Positions 27,725 through 38,100 of a DNA stretch of 39,681 nucleotides are shown piece by piece. Where the stretch lies: the NCBI GenBank assembly GCA_040220235.1, contig JAVJTO010000007.1. The stretch is one strand, 5' to 3'. Source of the DNA: Coleofasciculus sp. B1-GNL1-01 (lineage in GTDB: Bacteria > Cyanobacteriota > Cyanobacteriia > Cyanobacteriales > Coleofasciculaceae). Both the position numbers and the translations under genes were made by a program. Numbering within the stretch: position 1 is the first letter of the stretch; each line of letters starts with the position of its first letter. The notes beneath the pieces were generated by a model that was not told the DNA's origin, ran no database searches, and worked only from the letters and a program-made list of their open reading frames with translations.

Positions 27725-29155
27725 ATGTCAAACTCGGCTTTGCCTCAAGATAATCCAACGCATCTCACCGATTCAAGCGCGAGCAAACCACGGAAAAGTA
27801 CAAAGACTAAAATTTTAATTGGCACCCTTGCCGTATGTATTGGTGTAATTGGTTTAGGAGGAGCTGGACTGGCGTATCGACAGACCACTCGATATAAAGT
27901 CAGCGATGCAATGGAGGTTAGTCTCAAGGAATTAACCAATACTCAATATCCCGCCAACACATCAGGTTTAAGTAAAAAATTCCGCCGCTATAACGACCGC
28001 ACCTTAACCGTTGTCAAACGGGATGACAACCATTTCGATTTTGTTCTGGAGCCGAATAACGATCATACGGCTAAAATCGTCATCAAAAATATTGATTTAG
28101 AACTTTTAACCCCGAAAGCCCCCGAATGGACTAAAAACGATGAAGACTTAGAAGTCGTTGCTTTTACTAACCGCGAATGGAACCGCCAACAGATCAGTTT
28201 CCCGGCGGATTCCGAACATATTGAAGTTAGTGGCGGTGACGGGTTTGAAGAAGACAACCTATACCAAGTCGCCTTAGCCAATAACTGCATCAATGGTGGA
28301 CTGTGGGAAGTCATTCTCACCACCAAAGAAGATGGTAATAAAAAGCTTTACTACCAAGGATGGTTCACCTTCCCCCACGGACTGTACAAAGAAGTCTTTG
28401 AAAAAATCAACAATATATCCTACTGGAAACACTGGCGACGCTTAGAACATTGGAAAGATCCCAGTGGCGCTGTTGTCAAAACTGACTTGCTGCGAGATGT
28501 CATCGATGAGCAGGAAGTTCAAGCAGACTTCCCCCTTGATGAAAAAATAATTGCGTCCGGTGAGCAAGTCCGTAAAGTCCGCACTGTTCTCGCCAATAAC
28601 TTACAAACTTGGGGCGATTTCTATAGCGGTGAACATGAAATTCAATTTGGATCTTTTATTCCCCCGGGCTACTACAATACCGATAAACCCTGGGGACATG
28701 AATACTGGCGCATTGGTCAATTTGACAAAGCTGTTCTCCGGAATGTTGACCCTGTAGGTGTTGATGAAACCTTACAGGAACTGGAGTTAACGTTCACGGA
28801 TACAAAAACTAATGAACAAAACAAATTGTTCATTAGTGGTGTCAATATCAAAGACCTACCGCAGTTACCTGTAGAGGAATATAATAAGGGGTTGTATATG
28901 CCTCTTGGGATTGGTATTCCTCCGTTCTATCAAGACTACGAAGAACTCAAAGCCAACCATCCCGATAAAAGTCCTTATTTCAGTGGATTACTGGATTCTC
29001 AAGGCAGGTGGATTAACAATCATCAAGTTGCTCTCGCTGGCGTCGCCATGCACCGTGATCAGGATGACCCAGAACTGTTGCATCTGTACTTCTTGTCCTA
29101 CGAACGGATGACTCTAATTGCCCACTTCAAAATTGATATCAAATCCCTCTACTAG
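27725..29155 (+). CDS. Uncharacterised N-terminally membrane-anchored protein
   Basis: 476-aa ORF; basic stretch plus TM (ILIGTLAVCIGVIGLGGAGLAY); family not recognised. Confidence 0.85.
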   Translation: MSNSALPQDNPTHLTDSSASKPRKSTKTKILIGTLAVCIGVIGLGGAGLAYRQTTRYKVSDAMEVSLKELTNTQYPANTSGLSKKFRRYNDRTLTVVKRDDNHFDFVLEPNNDHTAKIVIKNIDLELLTPKAPEWTKNDEDLEVVAFTNREWNRQQISFPADSEHIEVSGGDGFEEDNLYQVALANNCINGGLWEVILTTKEDGNKKLYYQGWFTFPHGLYKEVFEKINNISYWKHWRRLEHWKDPSGAVVKTDLLRDVIDEQEVQADFPLDEKIIASGEQVRKVRTVLANNLQTWGDFYSGEHEIQFGSFIPPGYYNTDKPWGHEYWRIGQFDKAVLRNVDPVGVDETLQELELTFTDTKTNEQNKLFISGVNIKDLPQLPVEEYNKGLYMPLGIGIPPFYQDYEELKANHPDKSPYFSGLLDSQGRWINNHQVALAGVAMHRDQDDPELLHLYFLSYERMTLIAHFKIDIKSLY

Positions 29156-29194
29156 GCACTCGTCATAACCCACCCATAAGATACCCGATTTCTC

Positions 29195-29223
29195 GTAGGG
29201 GTACGGCACTGCCGTGCCCCTAC
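29195..29223. repeat. GTAG-capped palindrome between convergent genes (possible terminator)
   Basis: gtaggggtacggca-c-tgccgtgcccctac. Confidence 0.75.
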
Positions 29224-29370
29224 AGGTAGCATCTGCCTCCTACCTGCTGTCTTATACCCAATCTTTATTGCCCCCTGTAAGAGGAGGCGATTTAAATCGC
29301 TGCTACACTTGCCTGACGTCCGCAAGGTAAGGACTGGGTTTTAACGGGGATAGCTAACCCGCATTTGGTA

Positions 29371-30516
29371 TTATCCCAGATGCTTCTGCACCATCTCCAA
29401 CAATTCTTGAGCTTGAGGCGGTTTGGCTAAAAATCCGGTTGCACCCACAAGTTGAGCGCGAGTCCGGTCAATTGACGTATTTTTAGCCGTCAATATAATA
29501 ATCGGTGTCTTTTTAAACACAGGCGTTTCTCGCAGAAACTTACAAATGCTATAGCCATCAGCATTTGGTAAAAGGAGGTCAAGCAAAATTAAATCTGGCT
29601 TATGTTCAATCAGTTGAGAGAACCCTCGCATCGGTTCGGGAATACTCAACACTTGATATCCATTCGGAATTAAAATTTTCCTTAACGTGAGCGTTAACAC
29701 CGGACTGTCATCAATGCAAGCAATTAAAGAGGTTTTAGCTTTGGGTAGAGTTTGCTGGATTTCAGGTGGCTTTTTATCAGCAACTATCGGAGTATCCCCA
29801 CCATTATCGTTGCTGCTTGGTAACGTCAAATCAGGAATGTCTTGAAATTTGATCATCCCTCGTTTAGTCCAATCCACCAAAGACTGAGTAACTTCAATGA
29901 TGGATTGATTTCGCTCAACCGCAATATCCCACAAGGTTAATTTTCCATTGAGATACTTATCTTCAATCGGCAATTCGGATATGTCTGCTCCCTCTTGTAA
30001 AATAGGAGCCATAGTCGGGTGAAGGTGACTCAACCCAGCCACTTGCCATTGTTGCTGCATTTGTTCGGTTGTACTCAGAATCGTTTGTATTTCGTTGCTG
30101 GATAAGGCGACAACTTTGCAAAATGTCGATATCGCTGTTTGGGTGGGCTTCCAGTCTCTGTTCAAATCCGAGTAAGGCGTGAGTTCAAATAAACATTCTT
30201 GAACTAAACTGCGAATGATTAACTTGGCTTGAATCAGGCTAAGTTGTTTTTGGCTCAAGCCGCGATCGATGAGCTGACATTCCCAACTAGGATTGTCGGA
30301 AAACTGGGAGTAATCAGCCCTCCAGTGCCAATTCGACCGATGCTGATTGATTGCCCGGTTCCAGCGTCTCACGGGATGATGTTTACTCTTCGGATAAAGT
30401 AATTGACCCCGAACCAAGTACAATGTCCAAAATGCCTGAGAGTTTTTGAGAATTAGCTCTCCGTTTCCATGTTTACTATAGTCGTTTAACTCTTGAATTA
30501 GACGGGTTAAGTTCAT
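29371..30516 (-). CDS. PatA-family response regulator (PATAN/DUF4388-like N-terminus plus receiver domain)
   Basis: GELIL...WTLYLVRGQLLY...HPVRRW; receiver IACIDDS, PDLILLDLLLP, DGYSIC, FLAKP. Confidence 0.9.
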   Translation of the reverse strand: MNLTRLIQELNDYSKHGNGELILKNSQAFWTLYLVRGQLLYPKSKHHPVRRWNRAINQHRSNWHWRADYSQFSDNPSWECQLIDRGLSQKQLSLIQAKLIIRSLVQECLFELTPYSDLNRDWKPTQTAISTFCKVVALSSNEIQTILSTTEQMQQQWQVAGLSHLHPTMAPILQEGADISELPIEDKYLNGKLTLWDIAVERNQSIIEVTQSLVDWTKRGMIKFQDIPDLTLPSSNDNGGDTPIVADKKPPEIQQTLPKAKTSLIACIDDSPVLTLTLRKILIPNGYQVLSIPEPMRGFSQLIEHKPDLILLDLLLPNADGYSICKFLRETPVFKKTPIIILTAKNTSIDRTRAQLVGATGFLAKPPQAQELLEMVQKHLG

Positions 30517-30882
30517 TCGGAATAATTACATTATTTTTTATAAATAGAAATTTGTGACCTAATACAAGCGGCTTCCCCACCTACGTGATAACACGAGAGT
30601 TTCAGGTCACTGCTAGTATTCTTTGTCAAAAGAATTAGCATCTGATTCAAAGAGAGAACCGATGCACTAGAAGAGTAGATGCTTGCCTTGAAACGTAAAT
30701 GGTCTGAATTGACTCAACGGCGCGATCGCGCTCAAAAAACGGATAATTAATCAGAAACACCTGTATCTGCTGCTGGAAAGGTTTTCACCCCATGCACCGT
30801 CTGACTAGCAGCAAGATACCATGTCTGAGTATAAACTAGCGTACTTGGTTAAGATTTGTCTACTTATTCTCCGTTAGCACGT

Positions 30883-31767
30883 ATGTTTGAGCAATTTACC
30901 CAGCATCGAATTACCACCTCAGACACCACAATTAATCTGGTGATGGGTGGCGCAGGATATCCTCTATTATTACTCCATGGTTATCCGCAAACCTATGTAA
31001 TGTGGCATCAGGTTGCGCCCGTTCTGGCCCAGCACTTCACAGTAATTTGTGCAGATTTGCGCGGCTATGGTGACAGCGATAAACCCAACTCTGATCCAGC
31101 CCATCTGACCTATTCTAAACGGGTAACTGCCCAAGACCAAGTGGAACTGATGGATATCCTGGGTTTTAAGCGCTTTTTCGCCGCCGGACACGATCGCGGC
31201 GGACGGGTGTTGCATCGCCTCCTGCTTGACCATCCTGATCGGGTGGAGAAGGCGGCGGTTTTAGATATTGTACCCACCCGCACGATTTTCCAAACGGTGG
31301 ATAAGGAGTTAGCCACAGCTTACGAACATTGGTTTTTTCTGATCCAACCCTATGATTTCCCCGAACGACTGATTGGTGCAGACCCAGAATTTTACTTAAA
31401 GACCAAGATACACCAATGGAGTGCAACACAGACAGGGTTCACCGAAGCGGCGATGGCGGAGTATAGTCGCTGCTTTAGTCAACCTGCGGTGATTCACGCC
31501 ACCTGTGAGGATTATCGCGCGGCGGCGTCTATTGACCTAGACCATGATGAAGCGGACATTGACCAGAAGATTCAATGTCCTCTGTTGGTGCTATGGGGTG
31601 CAAAAGGCGTCATGCAGCGCCGCTATGATGTCCTGCAAACCTGGCGCGATCGCGCGATCGATGTTCGGGGTCAGGCGCTGGAGTGCGGTCATTTTCTACC
31701 CGAGGAAGCGCCGCAACAGACAGCCCAAGCGCTGTTAGATTTTTTTAGTGACATCCTCCTACACTGA
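30883..31767 (+). CDS. Alpha/beta hydrolase, haloacetate (fluoroacetate) dehalogenase-like
   Basis: LLHGYPQT, DLRGYGDS, nucleophile GHDRGGRV, HWFF, CEDYRAAA, CGHFLPEE. The ATG at 30883 is preferred. Confidence 0.9.
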   Translation: MFEQFTQHRITTSDTTINLVMGGAGYPLLLLHGYPQTYVMWHQVAPVLAQHFTVICADLRGYGDSDKPNSDPAHLTYSKRVTAQDQVELMDILGFKRFFAAGHDRGGRVLHRLLLDHPDRVEKAAVLDIVPTRTIFQTVDKELATAYEHWFFLIQPYDFPERLIGADPEFYLKTKIHQWSATQTGFTEAAMAEYSRCFSQPAVIHATCEDYRAAASIDLDHDEADIDQKIQCPLLVLWGAKGVMQRRYDVLQTWRDRAIDVRGQALECGHFLPEEAPQQTAQALLDFFSDILLH

Positions 31768-31975
31768 CCCTACGGGTACAGTGTAGGCTTCCTTTGGTAT
31801 TAAATTCAACCCTATTAAGTTATGCAAACCAGCCTCAAACCCTTACTGTTGCCTATTGCCTGTTCCCTGTTGCCTAATCTCAACCATTAACTTTAATGTT
31901 GTCCGACTACTTATCCTATTGACTTCTGGGTTGCCTTGATTCATTATGTTTGACATGAGCAATGCCGTATGTTAA

Positions 31976-32059
31976 TACCAGTCTGTCAAAATCGCTCAAA
32001 CCATGATGGGGTAAAGCTGAAAGCATTGTGTCGTCCCTCTGCACCGGAGGAACTTCAGT
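31976..32059 (+). mobile_element. Solo IS1634-type end remnant
   Basis: aaatcgctcaaaccatgatggg...ggaggaacttcag resembles the reverse complement of 39416..39480 (aaatcgccctaagccaagatagg...ggggaacttcag). Confidence 0.5.
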
Positions 32060-32103
32060 TTAAAAGTCCCCGGAAAATCTAAACTCTGCTGGAGGAATTA
32101 GCC

Positions 32104-35100
32104 ATGAACAGAGTGCATCATTTAACCGCCGTTGTTACCGGATTTGGGTTGGGGATTGCAAGTCTGGGTACGTTCTCTGAAGTCCTAGTTCTGGCGCAAC
32201 CGATTACCTCAGCCAGAGATAGGACGGGGACAATTATTACACTGGATGACAACCGCATCGATATTTCTGGGGGTAGTCTTTCTGCTGATGGCAAAAACCT
32301 CTTCCACAGTTTCCAGCAGTTTGGCTTAGATGCCAACCAAATCGCTAACTTTTTGGCTAATCCAAATTTAAACACTATCCTCGGTCGCGTCGTGGGTGGT
32401 GACGCCTCTGTGATTAACGGGTTGATTCAGGTCACCGGAGGCAATCCGAACTTATATTTAATGAATCCGGCGGGGATGATTTTTGGGGCGTCTTCCCGAT
32501 TAAACGTCCCAGCAGATTTTATCGCCACCACCGCTACAGGTATGGGGTTTGGCGATAATCGTTGGTTTAATGCAGTGGGAGAGAATGCTTATGAGAACTT
32601 AGTCGGAACCCCCAACCAATTTGCCTTTGATCAGTTGGAGGCGGGAAGTATTGTTAATGGGGGTGACTTAGCCGTATCACAGGGGCAAAATTTAACCCTA
32701 CTCGCCGGTAATGTGATTAATACCGGGACACTAACTGCACCTGGGGGAACCATTACCGTGGCGGCGGTTCCCGGTGCCAATTTGGTCAAGATTTCTCAAA
32801 AAGGACAACTCCTTTCGTTGGAGATTGAAGCACCGAGGACTCCTACCGGGGAATTGTTGCCCATCAAACCTCTGGATTTAGCTCAATTGTTAACCGGGAA
32901 GGAGGAAAATGTTGAGACAGGCGTTGAGGTTAACCAATCTGGTGATATCCAACTGACAGATACGGGAGTCACCTTGCCCAAACAGACTGGAGTGACTATT
33001 GTATCCGGTAAAATTGATGTTTCTGTCGGGGATTCACGCCTTGACTCCTCATCCTTACTTGGGGGTGAAGTCAATATTATTGGCAATACAGTGGGTTTAA
33101 TCGCCGCTAACGTAGACGCATCAGGACGCCAGGGTGGGGGTACTGTACGAATTGGCGGCGGTGAAAAAGGTCAAGAACCGATCCCGAATGCGGATGTGAC
33201 GTTTGTCAGTAACGATGCGACAATTAATGCCAATGCTCTGGATCAGGGGCATGGGGGTCGAGTCATAGTCTGGTCTCAAAAGACGACTCGCACTTATGGT
33301 CATATTAGCGCCCGAGGTGGGGTAAATGGGGGAAATGGGGGGTTTGTGGAAACCAGTAGTGCCGGATTCTTGGATGTTCCGGTAGCGCCCGATATCACCG
33401 CACCTGCTGGAGATGGGGGAACCTGGCTGATTGACCCTTACAATATTACCATTAGTGGGGTGGCTGATACCAATATTAGTAGTAGTGACACGGCGCCTAA
33501 TTTTACAGCCACGGCTGATGATTCAATCCTAAATATTAATACCCTATTAGCGGCATTAACGCAGGGTGATGTCACTGTGGATACAGGGTCTTCCCCACCA
33601 GGAATCGGTCAAGCCGGAAATATTACCCTAGCGACAGACTTAGATTTTAATGGTAAGGGTGTTAAGACCTTAACCTTAATCGCGGCGAACAATATCTTGA
33701 TCAATGGGCAGATATGGGATAGCGATAGGATAACGACACCGACGGATGGATTGAGTTTAGATTTTCGCGCAGGTGGCGCTGTCGAACTGAATGAAAGTAT
33801 TTCCACAGCAGGGTTTGACCTAACCGTTACGGCGAAGGGGGCGATTACTCAAGGAGATAACACCACATTGGATATTGGCGGTAGAACCCGGTTAAGCGCT
33901 GGTGATGGGGAGAATCCCACGAATATCACGCTTAATCGTGCCAACAACAACTTTAATGAAGTCGTTATCACCAACGCCAACCAGGTCAAACTTACAGATG
34001 TCAATGATATTTCTCTGGGTTCTAGCCAAGAGCCTACCACGTCTACGATTCAAGGCGATTTGAGATTGACCAGCCAAGGTGTGATTCAACAAGTAGATGC
34101 CAATGATTCTCTGGTTGTCGCAGGGGAAACTCGGTTAGACGCTAACGGGAACGACATCATCCTCAACAATAACACTAATAACTTGAATCAGGTTATCGTT
34201 ACCCGGGCGAATAATGTTTCCCTCAACGATATCAATGAGATACAGCTAGGAACGTCCCCGGATGATCCAGAATCTACCATCTCTGGGACGCTTGATGTCA
34301 CCGCGACGGATGTGAGCATCAACTCTACAGTAGAGGTGGGAAATGCTACTTTTGAGCCAATTAATCCTACCTCAACAATCGGTATTGGGGACGGTGCGCC
34401 TGGGAATTTCCTCCTAACTGAAGCTGATTTAACTAACTTGGAATCAAGGGGTACAGTCCAAATTGGCAGTCCCCGTGTCACAGGAGAGGTGACGATCGGC
34501 GATGTTAACTTGAGGCGGGAACGGTTTAACTTGACAGTGCAAGGTGGCAATCCGACGTTCCAGGGGAACCTCAATGTAGCGAATGACCTAAATGTTACCG
34601 CCACGACTGACAATATTCGCCAAAATAGTGGCACGATCATCAACGTCAACGGCACAGCTACCCTGGAAGCCGGAAATAACCAGGATATCACTCTTAATAA
34701 TACCGATAACGACTTTAATACTATCGTGGTTAATCGGGGCAATAATGTCACGCTCAATGACAAAGATAACCTGAATCTGAATTCAGTCTCGGTTTCGGGA
34801 ACGCTAGGGGTGACAGCCGAAAATACTATCTCGACGACGGGAGACATCAATGCCGGAGCGGTTAACTTAAGGGGTGACAGGATTGCTCTAAACAGTACGA
34901 TTGAAACGTCAGATAGAGTGGATAACAATGTTATCTTAACTGGACCGGTGACGTTAGGGGAAGAGGCGACGATTAATACGGATAATCCCAACAATGACGG
35001 TGATATTACGATTAATCAATCCATTAATGGTGCAGGTGACTTGACCCTGGATGCGGGAAACGGCGATATAACCATAAATGAAGCCATTGGTAGCACCACA

Positions 35101-38100
35101 GCGCCCTTGAACGTAAGCTTAAATGGGGGAACGATTACCTTAGCGAATATTGGCAAGGTAACCGAAGCAGGCGTGAGCGACACAGCGACAATCAATGCCA
35201 CAGAAGCGATTAATTTTACCGGAGAAATTTACAACGCCCAGAACCAGAACTATACAGCCGACACAGCCTTTAATCTCAACCAAACCACAACGTTTACCTC
35301 GGATGGGGGTGCGATCGCGTTCAACACAGGAACGATCCGGGGAACGGAAACGAACCCAGCTAACCTCACCCTGGACGCCGATACAGGTAGGGTGACAGTC
35401 GGTGCGATCGGTAATGGCAATGAAATTAAGAACCTGAGGATTCAGGGGAGTGAGGGGATTACCCTGAATGGCGATATCACGACGGCTGATGCGGCGAATA
35501 ATACAATTAACCTCAACAGTCGAGTCACTCTAGGTGAAGATATTACCGTGACTAATCAAGGGGGTGAGATTAATTTCAACGATTCTGTGGATGGATCTCA
35601 AGATTTAACCGTCAACGCCGATAATAGCACGGTCGTGTTTGCCGACGATGTGGGTAATCGCACAGCGTTAACAAATTTGACGGTTAACAATGGGGAATCG
35701 GTAACCTTTAATAACCGAGTCACCGTAGCCGACACTATTGATCTAACGGCTGATGAAATTGACTTCAAGGGCAAAGATAACTCCGTCAGTACCCCAAATC
35801 AGGGTACTATTTCCCTAAAGCCAACCACAGATAATGCTTCAATTGATATTGGTTCACCCGCCAACGGAGAAGGAAATTTAGATATCAGCGATCGGGACTT
35901 AGGGGCTATAGCAGACGGCTTTAGCCAGATCACGATTGGACGGGAAACAGGTAATGGAGAAATTGTCCTCGACTCCCAGGGCGTCAGTTTCCACGATCCA
36001 GTGACAATTCAATCCCCGGCTTCTGGGGGCGAAATTAAGGTAAATGGCAATCTGACTGGAACCGATGATGCGGCGATTACAATTAATGGTGAAAATGTCT
36101 ATTTTGGGAACCCCAATCAGCCAAACGTCACCCTAGAAACCGCCGGACAACCGATTACCTTAAGTCAAACCATCTGGTTGTACGCCCAAGAAGAGGTGGA
36201 GGTGAGAATCGGTGCAGGAGGCGGTGACATTACCTTCATGGGTGATGTTACGGGGAGAACACCGGAGACGCAAAGTCTCACCGTGACACCAGGTATTGGT
36301 AATGTTTCCTTTCAGGGAGAAATCGGTCAGCCGAATGCCTTGAAAACGTTAAGGATTGGTGATGATACCACCATCAATGCAGATATTGTCGGCACTTCAA
36401 CGACGGTGTTTGATAGTTTATTTATTAATGCCCAACAGAGTCGAGTCGCGGGTAAGATTAACACCCGTGGCGGTCCAATTGAATTTACAGGTGATGTGAT
36501 TCTGGTGCGGGATACCCAATTCGATACAATTTCTCAAGCATCACCAGGATCGAGGGGCGGTGATATTAGCTTCGGTGCTACGGTATCCAGCGCCAAGGAA
36601 ACCCTTGGGAATTCTTCCTCGACATCACCGTTTGACTTGCACCTAAACAGTGGGTCGGGAAATGTCAGGTTTGCTGGTGCGGTTGGCGCTCAAGACTTTG
36701 GCGGTGGATGGACGACAACAGATTTGGGGGCGCTGACGATTGAACGGGCGACAGAGGCGATCGCGGATTCGACAATAACAACCCTTGACTCAGACGGGAT
36801 TCAGATTACCGCAGATACGATTCAACTTCGAGACGATATCCAGGCGACAGTCGTAGAACTGAATGGGACGGATGATATCAGTACCGCCAGTATTACCGCC
36901 ACTGAAGACGGTATAACTCTCGATAGTGCAACGGGTTCGATTGATACGAGTCAAGGAAAACTCACAGCACCTCAGGGTGAGGTCAATCTTACCGCCAACC
37001 AAGGTGAGATTACGACAGCCGATATAGAAGCCAAAAGCGTCAACCTGCAAGCCAATAACACGATTACTACAGCGAATGTCTCTGCTACCCAGGGCGGAAT
37101 TACCATAACCAATCCGTTCGGCTCGATCCAAAGCGGCGATTTAACTGCCCAAGGAGAGACAGAAGACAATGCCGTGACGCTGACGACTCCGGGTAATATT
37201 ACCACGGGTCACATCGATACGTCATCAGCAACGGGGAAAGGGGGGGCGATCGCCCTGACGAGCCAAACCGGAGATATTACCAGTGGGAATTTGAACTCAT
37301 CGGGTCTTTTGGGGGGTGGTGCGATCGATGTTTCCAGCTTGGGTCAACTGACAGTTGCAGAAGTTAATTCCAGTTCGACAGCGGGTTTAGCGGGTTTAAT
37401 CACCCTGAATAACCGTCAACCCGAATTTATCAAAGACGCTCCTGGCATTGATTTGATTTTGATCAATGCTCAAGGTTTGCCCAGAAATCAGGGTGCGATC
37501 GCCACCCGTCCCTCGGAAACGGAAGGGATTGAAATTACAATTAACATTACCACCGATGGGTATTTCAGAGCAACAGGCACATTTAAGGCTCAAACTGGCA
37601 TAGAAGCAACGCTAGCCACAGGTGGTGATCCGATTGTGATTCGCCATGGTGGTGGTACCGCCTTTGACCCCTTTGAAGTCGGAAATCCGACGCAAAATGG
37701 CACCGCCGGGGCAATTACCAATGGCAAGGGATTTTTCGGTTCAATTTCCCCCCTGCAATCGTTTATATTTCCGGTTGTTCAAGACAATATTGAAATCATT
37801 CCTCGGATACTCTCTCAAAGCAATCTGCCCTTAAACACCATCTCGCCTCAACTCCCCGTGAGTGGTCAAGTCGCGGATGCTGACCTAGCCATTTCCACCC
37901 TTGACCGTCTGCTTGCCGATACCTTTTCCGGATATTTGGGACCCCAACCCAGCGTCAATAATCCCGCTGATGCTGCCAAAATTCTGGCGCAAATTGAGCA
38001 AAAAACAGGGGTAAAATCAGCATTTATTTATGCCATTTTTGTTGCTGATAACCTGGAACTGATCATGGTTTCCGCTCAGGATAAAAAGATTGTCAGTATC

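Noticed and set aside
34188..34994. 268-aa antisense ORF within the haemagglutinin gene
   Set aside because: Shadow ORF caused by the biased codon content of beta-helix repeats.
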